From Lingula anatina (taxonomy: Eukaryota > Animalia > Brachiopoda): a DNA stretch of 64,000 nucleotides. Within the stretch, counting starts at the first letter, position 1; each line of letters opens with the position of its first letter. The position numbers and the translations under genes are program-made. Below the pieces are notes generated by a model, which was not told the DNA's origin, made no database searches, and saw nothing but the letters and a program-made list of their open reading frames with translations. Location: assembly GCA_051362555.1 (NCBI GenBank), contig CM120641.1, positions 41,732,401 to 41,796,400 of the forward strand, in the 5' to 3' direction. Positions 27,074-39,545 of this stretch are shown piece after piece.

Positions 27074-28557
27074 CTTTTGACTTGAACCCGCCGTTCTGAA
27101 CACTGACATTCCATTTCAGCTCCAGAGCCGGGATCCGACGTCAGTTCGTGTTCTGTTTGGCGATTCGTTTGATATGGATGCCTCATTTACCGAGCTAGAT
27201 TATAACGAAGACAAAATGGTAAAATGACGACACAAAATCCAGTTGGTGTAACTTTGTATTATTTTTAGCTTTCATTTTAGAGTTTAATCGAAAGAAGGTA
27301 AGTTATTTTGTCAGTTGTTTAGTTATGTTTTGGGCTTATTGTCTGTCTGTTTGTCTGTCCTTCCGTTCTTCTGTCTCCTGTTTAATGATTTTGTATTTTC
27401 CCTGGTTGCAGGTAACGGCCACTGAATTCATGACATTTTTGGAGAATAAAGGCGTTGTCAGTCCTCTGGAATATATCCTTGACGTCTCCAACACGCCCAT
27501 CCAGTCTCTGCAGGACTACATAGGAGCTTTATTGTCCACATACGACGTCTCGTCGCAAAGGCAATATGTTAAGGTGCGTATGATAGGCCTACAAGCCAGA
27601 GATTCAGAGCCGACGAGGACCAACTTCTTTGTTTTTAAATTTTCATGTCCCCTTGTCAAGTCTGAAATTTAGCGGCGTTTGACTGTTCAAAAGATTACAG
27701 TGCCTAGCTATCACAAATGTTAGACGTGTCTGTTAACCAAGTTATGTACCATCGGATGGCTTCTGGGGAACTACAGAACTCAGATGACTGGGTACTCGTT
27801 TCTGAGTGTTGTGTATGGTTTAAACTTAACCTGTCCTATAACCGTTCGTTTTTGGAGATTTGAAAATTAAGAAGTTGGCAGGCATCGGACCTGAAGCTTA
27901 GGCTAGATGCATATGTATTATCAGTGTTAACAAACGCATCATTCACATCCTGGACATATTTGTGCGGCGTTGTAGCACTTCGTGGTGAAACTTGCTCTTA
28001 CAGAAAATGAATGGTTATGGTACTATTATATATTTTCTAGGCTTCCGATTCTGAGCGTACAATAGGTATCTGCACAGACTATATTAGTACGCTAGACATG
28101 GACATGGAGGAACAAGACAAAATTTTCCTGCGAAAGGTATGTGATTCTCACCCACCCCACCCCCTCCTCCCACCTCCGACACACAGTATACACACAGTAT
28201 GCCTTAAATATACATGTACACTGTACCTTGGTGCCTTTCCAAAGAAAATCCTAACTTTCACAGTGTGCGGATATTTTCATAATTCAAACTTGTGTACTCT
28301 TTGAATTTTTTTCTAAAAGTTATTTATTTTTTCCTTCAATCGTTTGTGATATATTGATTAAAGCAGCCAAAAGTAAAAGTTTTCAGATATTGGCAATTAA
28401 ATGTTGGGATTAAATGTTCAGATGGACCCAACCCAATTTTATATCACATTTAAATTTTTCCTTTTCCTTCCTTTTGTAGCAAGGGCGATCCGGAACTACG
28501 GCATTTTTAAGGGAATATGCCAAAAAGTGTAATATCCCACTGAAAACTCAGGAGTGA
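19452..28557 (+). CDS. Patatin-like phospholipase (ExoU/VipD-like bacterial-type motifs) with inserted EF-hand pair, copy 1; 12 coding exons, ~508 aa
   Basis: Exons 19452-19631, 23893-24040, 24539-24675, 24839-24974, 25336-25431, 25623-25762, 26015-26112, 26557-26713, 27120-27218, 27412-27573, 28041-28136, 28480-28557 (1527 nt, in phase). Motifs: oxyanion NLVLEGGGTKGTAYPGA, nucleophile GASAG, RMSASIPG, catalytic YVDGGMLCNYP, EF loops DLNRDGRISLTE and DYNEDKMVTATE. Confidence 0.93.
20777..20840. repeat. (TA)n microsatellite
   Basis: Direct reading. Confidence 0.95.
21071..21326. mobile_element. PIF/Harbinger-like MITE with long imperfect TIRs and TAA TSD
   Basis: Left end ggactcattcccactgacactatcggtctacg...gatccaactccgcgggga is the imperfect reverse complement of the right end. 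GG...CC termini, with TAA at 21068-21070 and 21327-21329. Confidence 0.75.
22737..22951. mobile_element. Related MITE copy (imperfect inverted repeats with gatcgatc core)
   Basis: gaccccattcccacagattttagatcgatc pairs with gatcgatctaaatctatgagaatgcagtc; shares the gatc..aactcc..gggga core with 21071-21326. Confidence 0.65.
24402..24466. repeat. Compound (CT)n(GT)n microsatellite
   Basis: Direct reading. Confidence 0.9.
26878..27035. mobile_element. Truncated fragment of the same MITE family
   Basis: gaccgcattc...ggatcgatctaactctgtgggaga and agggtaatta resemble 22737-22951. Confidence 0.5.
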
Positions 28558-31355
28558 TTCTGCACTCTGGACATGTTACCGGCAGCAGCCGACAAACCAC
28601 GTGCTTGTGCTGCCTACCATAGGCCATCCGCGCGATGACGTCGTTTTTGTTAAAAAAATTTGCTTCAGCAAAGAAGTGTGCACATAATACTATCCAGAAA
28701 ATATCTGTCAATATCTGTTCAGATATTTTCCCTGTGACCCTGGTAGAGGGTTATGTGCTTGGATAATATATTATAATTTATTCTCATTGTGCTATTAACG
28801 GGCTAAGTGTTGGGGGTTTTTTCGTTTGGTCGTTTACACTTAGATGCATAATAGAAAAGACCGAGAATAGGAATGAGTTTTATGACTATGCAAAACGATT
28901 CCAGTGAGTTGTAATGGTGAATGAGCACCCTAAATTCAGAGTGACAAAACAATCGGAACATATACCTTTGTTACACCAATTATAGAAAATAAAGTATGAA
29001 AATGAACTATCCATGCATGGCGATTTAATGTTCCAGTGGTTAGGATGTCTTTTTAGATTTCTTTTTTTTTTTGTTTTCAGTCATCAGAGTCGTCATCCTA
29101 AGAATTGTGTTAGGTAAAAAAAGAAAACGAAAACTGAACTGAATTCCAGTTTTTCACAAAATGCAGGATGCAAAGCATGCGATGAAAACACAGAATTTAA
29201 CGGACATGTTGTGTCATCAGTGGGTAATATGGCTGCTGGAGGTTAGAAATATGTCATCAAATTTTAAAGACAGTTTTGATCTGCATATGCTCCACAGAAT
29301 GTTCATAGCGATATCTGGATTGGACAACCAGTTTTGCTTTTAAAGAACTGATGACGTTGTTAAAAAGTACAATAATATATTATCTATTAGAATGGTCGTT
29401 GTTCCAAGGATTTCTATTTGATAACGTTATATACTGTATAATGATAATACTCACTTTGGAACAAAGTATTACCACCCCAAGTGAGAATTGTTTACAGGTC
29501 TACCAACAAACACCCAACGGCCTGTTGGCATTCAGCTATATGATGCTCTTGTGACAAAAGCGAAACGTAGCTTTTTCTTAAATATTCTGTTCCAAAATAA
29601 ATGATTGTTATCACAAAATGTTCTTAGATATAATAATCATTTAATATTCAGTTACGTTATAGCGTTAACTGATCAATTATCTACAGTCACGTTTAACTTG
29701 AACGGTATATTTTGTTTAAGAACATACACGTGCGTCCCTAGTGCGGCCTTAGGTTAAAGAACTGTGCAGAGCTGTGTAACAGTGATGCCATTTATCCTAA
29801 TTTATATTACCGTGAACAATTTAAAATGCTTGTGTTTAGCTTGCCTGTAATGATCACATAGTGATATCAACTCATCTCTGATTGGAGAATAAATAAAGAT
29901 AATACTAGTTAAAAATAAAAAAGCAGATTTAAAGAAGAAATATTGGTGTGTGTTTGTTATGTTTTAAGCGTATTTATTATATAATTTTATACGATTGGCC
30001 TTTTCAAATGTGCATCAACATGCAATATCTGCACGCTTTTGATAGAAAAGATATGTCACGCTGACACAATGCTGTTCTGGTTGATTTTATTAAGTACATC
30101 GAGACCTGGACGCCACTGGTTGGCCTAAAACTTAGTATTCCAAACTAGAATTTATACTTATAAAATAAGAAGTGTGCCATGCTGTTGTCGCTCTATTCCA
30201 ATAAAGAAAACCACATAGACATTTCGGAGATGAAAGAACGAAATTCACATTCTATGGCCCAAGGCTGGATATTAAAATATCATGAGGAATATTTGGTCTA
30301 GTGGCTTTGTACTACCAACCCAACCACCGCTTACCAGTGATTTAGAAAACAAACCAGCGCACACCCAATGGAGGTGAATTACCCTGGGTTAAGAGTTTCT
30401 TTGAAGCTCGGTACCTGTGTTGTGTGCTGAATCAGCTCTAAGTAAAATCATGTCCCACCCGATCTTTCTTCCTTAAAGGTAATCCTTAACACATTCACCC
30501 CATATTACTGGCGTTGTAAAGTGTAATGCATACCACTGCGTTTGCGCTCCGATCCAAAAAGACGGGTTACACCAATGAATCCACGATTTGCTTTAATAAT
30601 ATAATTAAGCCCTACTTGTCCCAATACACTTGTCACCCAAAATGTAAGTACTCAACGGTATGTTGGGCATAGTTAGGTATGAAAATACCGCTTGGTTTTT
30701 TTTGTTTTTTTTTTTGGGGGGGGGGGGTCGAGATGGAGGAACTTTGGAATCTAAGAAGGGTACACGTACCCACTGTGCGACCCCGTGGGTCTGCCACGGA
30801 GGCTGTTGTCTTGTATATCCCAACAATGTGACGCAGTTATCATTACCTGATGTGGCCTGTGAAAGTAGGGCAATACTGCGCGGTTGATGAAACTTCTACT
30901 ATTTGTATGCTGCCTTCTGTCAGGGCGTCAAAATATTTCAGCAGACTATACCCATAAACGGGCTATTCTGTGATAAATATTTCATCGCATGTGTTAGTGA
31001 GTGAAAACACGATAATATGGAAGATGTTTCATAGGGCGGTCTTTCCTGTTAGGACCGGCTGTCATTAGACAAAAGTGAACTATCCGACTTACGGACTATT
31101 GCTCAATATCAACGATGGAGAATGCATACACTGTAGCTGTAGCCTAATTTGTGTGCAGCATGTGCCCTGGATGCGGCCTGTGCTTGCTATTTATATATAA
31201 ATACGGCACATAAACCGCAAAGATGGATTCATTGAACCTACTTGATTATTCATGATGTCACCTCATTAAAGGATTCAAATAAAGGCCAGAATTTTACGAA
31301 TAGAGCAGGGAGAATCGTTCATTTGAATAGCAGGTGCTCGTGCACCTATTAAACC

Positions 31356-33195
31356 ATGGGAATAACTTGGCCTATACGCTACAAACTACCACATGAACCG
31401 CCGCCAGCTCTCGATTTATCTACAGAGGTGAATAGAAATGTGTATATCGACCTCGCCAGGTACGACTGGCCCTTTGAAAACCTCGTTCTGGAAGGCGGCG
31501 GTACGAAGGGGACGGCATACCCTGGCGCAATTCAGGTATGGACCGGTACGGGAATCGCACATAGTGTTGCCATGGTAACGGTTATTAAAATGTGATGATA
31601 GAATGTTTTATTTGACGAGAAATACTAGAATGACTCACCAAAATAAAGGAAATTCTTTGTCATAATGGTAGACCTTCACAACAATAAGTTAAACATAAGT
31701 TTATCCCTTAGAAGGTCATACAGTGTATGAGGCAAACCATAAATAATAGCACCCATAACTAAACCGGTTATGGGTGCTATTATTGTACCGTACCAGCAGG
31801 CTTTATAAATATAACAGCGTAGAAACGTATTTCAAGACATTGAGGAGAATTATCTGAGCGAGATACTCCACTAGAACGTGTTTTTTCTTTATTGTTAAGA
31901 TCTACTTTGCCTTCCCCATGCATCCCATGGCATTTTAGCCAACGGACTAATTAATTTTTATTTTTGTATTTTAGGTTCTGGAAGATGTGGGAATACTTCA
32001 GAGAATTAAGCGGTTTGGTGGTACCAGTTCGGGGGCCAGTGCGGCCGGTTTGCTCAGCGTGGGGTTTAAATCAGGAGAGATCGCCGCGTTGTTAGACATG
32101 GACCAGAGAGTAATCTTAAAAGGTAGATTCTTGATTCTTGATCCAATTAATGATTATTTGGTACATACCAATAGAGTTACGGAATGACAGAATGATTCAA
32201 GGGATTTTCATATAATTATTTTTGTTTTGGTGCAGCATACAGTATACAAAATGTCATATTTTATTTTATTATATTTTATTTTATAATAATGGCATTTTTA
32301 TTCTTGCAACTAAAAATCGGATTGCTCACCAACTATTAGAGTGTTACATGTAGAAGTAACTTAAACGTTATATTGGTCTAAACATCAAGACCCATGCGAT
32401 TGTTTTCTTACTTTTAAATAAGGACTATCTTTGACAGTAGACCAAACGAATCGTTATCACCTAGAGTATGACGTCACAAATTAAGATCTACAGCCAAAGG
32501 ACTTGCTAGATCATACTAATGCCAAAACACAGTGACTTAAAATTGGATGTAGCAATGCTTCTCATTTGTTTATAATATAAGTAAGCGACTGGTAGTCTGG
32601 CAGATATTTACTTTCGCGTGTTTTAGGATAATGGTAAAACTCACATTACTTTATACTTTACCCGTTTCAGACGCTAGAGGAGGGTATTTTTCGTTAGTGC
32701 CAAATTTTCTACGCCTATTTGGCTGGAATCCAGGCGACAGATATCTCAACTTGCTGAAAATGTGCATGAGACACAAGACCGGTAATCCAGACTACACATT
32801 CAGACAGGTGAGGCTACTCATCAACAACAAATCTTTTTTTATATTTCTCATTCATTTCGCACTTGAAATTTCAGAAAGAGAAATAGTTGACAAACGAATC
32901 CGTTGGCTTCAAGACTTTTTGATTTGAAGATTGTGATTGGCAGTTTGTAAAGTAGATTGTTTAGATCTAAATGTTTTTTCTTCAGTTATATGACGACAAG
33001 GGGCTTGAACTGTGTATTGTTTGCGCCAATGTCAGTAAAAAGAACATTGAATATTTCCACCCAAAGACGACACCGGATGTACCCATTGCGCTTGCAATGC
33101 GCATGTCTGCAAGTATTCCAGGTGAGTGAGTGCCAATCAAAAAACACTTAAATGTCCGACACTGCCAATAACATGTCAAACCATGCAACATTGTA

Positions 33196-33273
<78 letters not shown>

Positions 33274-36200
33274 AACGTATTTATACTGGAGAGTGTCTTG
33301 AACATATCTCTTGCCTTAGTGTTTTTTCAGCCTAAAAGTCTAGAAAAGACAGGGAACAAGCATTACCTTGTTGATGGTGGCTTAATATGTCCTTATCCTA
33401 TCCATGTCTTTGATGGTAAGTGTAATCAGCTTTGCTATGTTAATCGTACTATTATATAAGCGTTCTGTTGTCGATTTGGCCTTGCTCCTGAGCTGCTTTC
33501 TTTCTCATGTGGTTTCCCATTCCTGTTTTTCATTTTTGCGTTTATCTTGCTTGTGTTCCCGAAGGTAAAAAACCGTGTTTGTATGATTTCTGGTTTTAAA
33601 TTGTGCTATATGAAACTGCAGATTGGAAAATTTTAAGAAGGTCCCTTACGTTCAAAATCTTTTGAATATTTTTGTACAATTCTGTATTTTAGTGAAAACC
33701 GAATTGCCTGGGGTACGTTTTGTTCTTGAATTTAGAAAAAAATCGAAAATCATCTTTGATGGCGTTTTCCATATCGGTACATAAAACAATCGCCTCTTGT
33801 ACGGTATCTTACCTCACTTATTCCAAAGTAAAATTACAAAATGTTAAAAAAAATACACCTGTTTATTGGCTAACTCGCATTCTGTTCTATTCTGACAAGA
33901 AACCAAACCATTTTCCACCAATTAAATGTATTGCGTTTAAACTCAGGTTGGTTTCTATCAATGCGGCCAGAGGATTCGTTTTTTAAGAGGCTAGGTACGG
34001 AGGAGGATCCGTTTGAGAGGCCGATGGGACAGTTTTCAAATTGCAGACATAAACATGAGACAATAGGAATAGTGTTGGTAAGTTGTAGTCATTAAGTGTA
34101 TCGTGACTAAATGTTGAAAAGATGAAACGTTGCAACTTTTGGTACATCTAACAATGTGCTTGTGATTCAAACATGCGTTTAGTTCGAATGTTTCGATTGT
34201 TTTAAGGGTTTAAAAACACCAATCTATTGAAGTATTACAATATTTATAATATGTTGTGTTCTAAGACGTCCATCAACCCATTCATGCCACCTGTACGTTT
34301 TCATTTGACCGAAGTTTTATTTCTAGACAAAATAGTGAACTCCCTGTTCTATGCTTCTAATCTCCGCCCGTTATGCACGCGACTTTAAACTGCTAAGCAC
34401 TAAAGTTATGTAAGATATTTTTTCTGGAAATTTTCGAAGCTTAATGAGGTTAATAAATAGAATGTTTATTTTAATCCCTCTAGGTTATTATATAGAAATT
34501 GTATTTTACTTCGAACTGCGTTTTAGTATGCTACGGATGAGCTAGACCTGATGAGGGTGGGGACAAATTCACGTGACCTACAGGAAAAAGCATCATCACA
34601 AAGACCGGACACGCCTCTGGCTAGGTATGTTAACACACTTAAAGCTAGAATCGCTTTATTGCTTATATCTTTATGGTATGACCAGTTTAAGGATCCAATA
34701 CACACTCTGTGTGTGTGTCTGTGTACGGTGTCGGAACCATGCAGCAATTTATTCATTGGAGGCGCAAACTAACTGTGTAACTTTAAGTCTTTTTAGAGAG
34801 TGATTAAAAAGTCATTATAGATTTCAGAGTGCGCAACAACCAATCTAAGATGCAGAGTTTTTAATTGACATTTGTAATAATTTTAACTCATGTTATCTGC
34901 TAAGGCTGCGTGGACAACACATGGATAAGGTGAAAGCAGACGAAGACAAGAAATTACAGATTTCAAGCGCTGCGAAGACCGTGTTCAGAGCATTCCATGA
35001 CAAGGTCAGTGACCAGGAGGGAGGCATCAGCCTAGGCGAATATCGAGAGGTCATGAAAGAGGTAAATTTTTGTATAGAACACGTCCATTTTGGCAACAAA
35101 TTGGATGAATTGGAAAACGTTTGTATTTTGCTGAATTTGGTCACTTACGGTTTATTATTATTTTTTTTAAACCAAAGTTGGATTTTTGGCTCTTCGTGAC
35201 GTCAACTACGTGTGGTGTCTATTTGCAGTTGTAGTTTTACATTTGTCCAGTAGTGTTTCTTTACCATATTTTGTTGGGATTGTTTATACAATAAAAAAAA
35301 ACCATTTGCACAACTCCGCCTGCCACATAACCAACATTTGAGGTTGTATAACATTTTTACCTGCATTTCAGCTCGAAACCCGAGATTCCGAATCTCTTCG
35401 AATTTTATTTGGGGATAATTTCGACATTGACTCCACGTTTAGAGAGCTGGATTATCAACAAGACAAACAAGTATGTGTTCTCAAGTTAATTTTTTTTCTG
35501 CATTTCATGGCAACATAGACATGTCAGTACTTATCACTATAGAACATTCCAATTTTCTTTTGGGTTTGAAGTAAAAAAACAAAGTGAAAAACAATTACGG
35601 TTCAGTTGTCACGAAAAGATCGCAGTTTATTTATTTATCTTTTTATACTTTTCATTTCTATTTTCATTTAGTTCTTTTGTTCCAATTTTAAGCAGTATAC
35701 AGTTATTAGAGATACATTTTACACTCTTTACATATCTGAGAAATACTTATTGTTTTACAAGTTCCCATGGTAACGAAATTCACATTCAATGCTATTTTAT
35801 TACGAAATTTACACACACAATTTATGCACTTTCAAAATAGAAAATCCCATAATTACCTCTTTTTTATTTTACAAGATAACAGCAGTAGAGTTTTTTGCCC
35901 TCCTGGAGAAAAAAGGTGTTATAAGCCCGCTTGAGAGCACGCTTGGATTTGCCACTTCACCCATTCTATCGGTGAAAGACTATTTTAGTGCATTAGTAGC
36001 TACTGTCCACGTCTCGTCACAGAAACAATATATAACGGTAAGTTGTGACCAAAAATAAAAGAGACGGCAATTTTCTTTAAAAAAAATAACACCGAAGAAA
36101 AATAGCATTTTAAATTAGTTAATTTAAAAGAAACGCTAAAAAATGAATTTAGAAAGCGAAATCATATTTCACTTACACATGCGAGCGTTTTATCGACAAT

Positions 36201-37184
36201 ATGTGGGTAGTGGGGGTAAGTCCAAGGGCTGTCAAGATGGAAATAAACGGTATGTGTATTAATTAATAAGCATTTTCCTTACGAAATAAAATGAGAACTT
36301 GCGATTGGTATGAAATCTCATATCATCGTTCCAGAAAGGTCGGAATCTGTAAAAGCGAAGCACACAGCGTGAGATTAAAATACGTTCTGCGTCAGACACA
36401 AGTTAAGGCTCCTTGTGTTAAATATACCCACTGAAATATGTGTATTGCCGACTTGTTTTGAAAGCAGGGAAACTGCAGTTGTGTCCGTATAAATGTTACC
36501 AGCACTGTATAATGCTGTTTTCAATTTCAGGCCTCAGATGTGGAGCGTACCATTGGCGTGTGCACGGACTATATACGAATACTGGATTTAAATATGGTAG
36601 CAGAAGACAAACTTTTTCTGCGGCAGGTAGGGAACTTTATTCATAAATTTGTTTAAAGACATGATTCCCAAAATGGTGTAATTTTATGTAATGTTCAAAA
36701 TATAAGTTTACAAATAATTTCAAATTATTTAGTTCAATCATTTAGTTCTGTTTTATAATAGGCGGAGGTCTGTGCTTTTGAGATGTTCTTTTTTACAATA
36801 TAAAGGAAAATTACATAAATCTATGATTACAGTATGCGACGTGGTGATCATACAAAATATTTCGGTCTTTCCTTGTGCGAATCATAATTTTAGTGAAGTT
36901 TAACCCGGTAGTATAGAATCTCTTTAGGCTAATATCATTTCTCTTTGTAAAAGTAAACCTTTTTAAACCAAAGATTTTTTCAGTTTAAATATTGGAAAAT
37001 TAGTTATGAAAAATAAAATTTTAAGGAAAAAATGCAATTATTTAAGACCCTCATGTGGTTTTTATTTTTACTGGGTATAGCTACAGTACATTATTCTTTT
37101 TTCACGTTTCAGCAAGGACGCCTCGGCACCGTTTCCTTTTTGCGGGGATATCTACAAAAGAATTCGATTCCTCTGAAAAAATGA
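31356..37184 (+). CDS. Patatin-like phospholipase, tandem paralog copy 2 with degenerate EF-hands; 12 coding exons, ~503 aa
   Basis: Exons 31356-31535, 31975-32122, 32671-32807, 32986-33121, 33320-33415, 33947-34077, 34527-34624, 34905-35061, 35372-35470, 35876-36037, 36531-36626, 37113-37184 (1512 nt). Ten of 12 exon lengths are identical to copy 1. Motifs: NLVLEGGGTKGTAYPGA, GTSSG, RMSASIPV, LVDGGLICPYP. Confidence 0.93.
33198..33269. repeat. (TA)n microsatellite
   Basis: Direct reading. Confidence 0.95.
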
Positions 37185-38032
37185 AAACTCTGTCTAATGG
37201 CCTTGGGTCACATAATTATACTTTTCTTTCAATCAGGGTTTCCCTGAGGGTTTCTATGAATTGTGTAGTATTATTAATATTATTATTATTATTATTTTAG
37301 TTTAACAGATACACCCAATGTACATGTTTAGATTAGGTAAATGTAAGTGGTGTATATGTAAATGTTTATAGAAGTATATTAATGTTCCGAGATAGTAAAT
37401 GAAATAATTTATCGAAGATAAGATAACAAAATAAACATTAAATTAGGCAGATGTATTCAATCTCACAGTTGTAGGCAACTGTGGTGTACGTAGCATTTGT
37501 AAGATTTTCTTTGCAGTAGATGGCGCTAAATGAGAGTTTTTAATAAGTTGACACGGACAGAGCTTTGTTTTAGTTCTTTGCGCTGAAAGAAAGCTTTTGA
37601 TTACAACTTTATTATTTTCATCATCCCACTAATTTGTACGAATTAAGAACATACGCGAAGAGAAAAAACACAAAATAGAAAAATATTAATCTTATGCTAT
37701 CCTCGGTAATTGTTGGAAACTTTTTTCTTTCTGATACGAACCATTGAAAACTTCAAGGTCATTTATATCGTTGATGAAAGTCTTTAATGGAGAATAAAAA
37801 CTCTATATGAAAATACATGAGACTTATAATACAATCACAAATGTTGTCATACATGTGAGAAATTCTACCCATTACTGAGATTAACTGATATGAGTATTGG
37901 ATATACATAAATCATTTACTTCAGTTTGATCGCACATTCCATAGCAATCTGAATAAGGCAAGTTAGGGACCACAGTTAAGTCCTGCGCGACAACCTTAAA
38001 CATGTAGCGAGCCTAGGTACATGTAGCATGAA

Positions 38033-39502
38033 CTAATCTGTGAAAGCCTCCTTCCAAATTTCAAACATGCAAGCGGCGCTGTGAAATCGGAAGAAAATCA
38101 CCATCGGCATGGAAATGTGCGATATGATGCACCACCCCAAACCTTGATACAGTAGCAATGAGACGGGGGAGGTTTGCGGACACTTCACCTCAAACGTGCT
38201 AAGAATCCAAAGAGACACGTTGCAAACGAGCAAGAACGTAATGAACTGACGACCCTGCTTAACTGTATTTGAAACTCGCTTTGGGCCAGGGCGCCTGCGC
38301 AAACCGTCTAAGATGCACGCGGTTTGCATCATTGCCTCCAAGATTTGAAACACCGCGATGGTGAAAGTCAAATGAAAGGGGGCGATGTCTGTCCCCTCGT
38401 CCTCATCTTCGAAAAGTTTTTTTGAAGGGGAGGCGTCCGTGTCAAATGCAACGGCAGATATCGCGTTAAAGATGGCCAGGGTAAACAATCCCGTCAGCGA
38501 CACGATTAGCAGGGTGCGGTCTAACGCAATGTCCTTCTGCCTGTCAAAATCCAGCCTTCTGAGGAAGAGAAACATCGCCCCAAGCGCCACGCACATCAAA
38601 GCTGAGGTAACCACATGCATCGTCTGATAAAAAAGCAGAGCAAAGTGCCGCATCTTGTAGTCCAGGGTCTTGTCTTCGTCATACGCCATAAAAAACACGA
38701 TGGCCGCCACGCCGTAGATCAGTACCACGATGCCCAGGAGGAACCCGATGGTACTGTTGGAGCAATCGATGCGTTCAAACACACCAGCACGCGTGTGATG
38801 GGCGTGGTCTTCATTTTGCGCGGTGCCATGTTGATGTGACTTCCCGACCGAGCGCCATATAATGTACAGGAAACCTGAAAAACGGCTTGTTTTATGATGT
38901 ATGGTAAAAGCATTGCTCCTCGGGTCGTAAGGCGAACTGATTTGACTTTTTCTTTTTTCTACTTTGATTTTAACTGGCCATGCAAATGGCTGTTCATGAA
39001 CATGTTCTAACATGGAACGTCTTGGAATTCATTTAGTACTCTCTACAATACTAATCAAAATGTCTTGTTTCTTTTCTTTTGATTTTTTAAAGGGGACATG
39101 CAAATCACTTTTTATTTATAATTTTGAAAATGTTTTTTTTAACTTCATAGCGTTGTCTGCGGTGACTTACCTGCTACTATGAGATTGAACTCCACTGCGC
39201 AAGGATACAAGAATGGAGTTGCTTGCTCTGCCAGCTGCTCAAATATCCCATTTGTTGGTTCTTCTTTGGTTGGAATTACTTCCGTTACTTGTGTAGTGGG
39301 CGATACATTCCCTGAAATGGAGCAACACTATAAGCCCTACGTTTACTAGAACATTTGTGCGTTTTTGGGCGAGCTTGTGCTTTCTCGGCCTATTTCAATA
39401 ATAAATGATAAACATCAGCATTCTACGGCGATGCAAACTTAACCTAGCTGTTTAAAACGGGATGCAACTACTTTGCGACACACAGGGCGCCCACAATCAT
39501 TT

Positions 39503-39545
<43 letters not shown>

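Noticed and set aside
38875-39013. N-terminal extension of the 326-aa otopetrin ORF
   Set aside because: Intronic; the acceptor tttttcag at 38875-38876 joins the upstream exon in phase.
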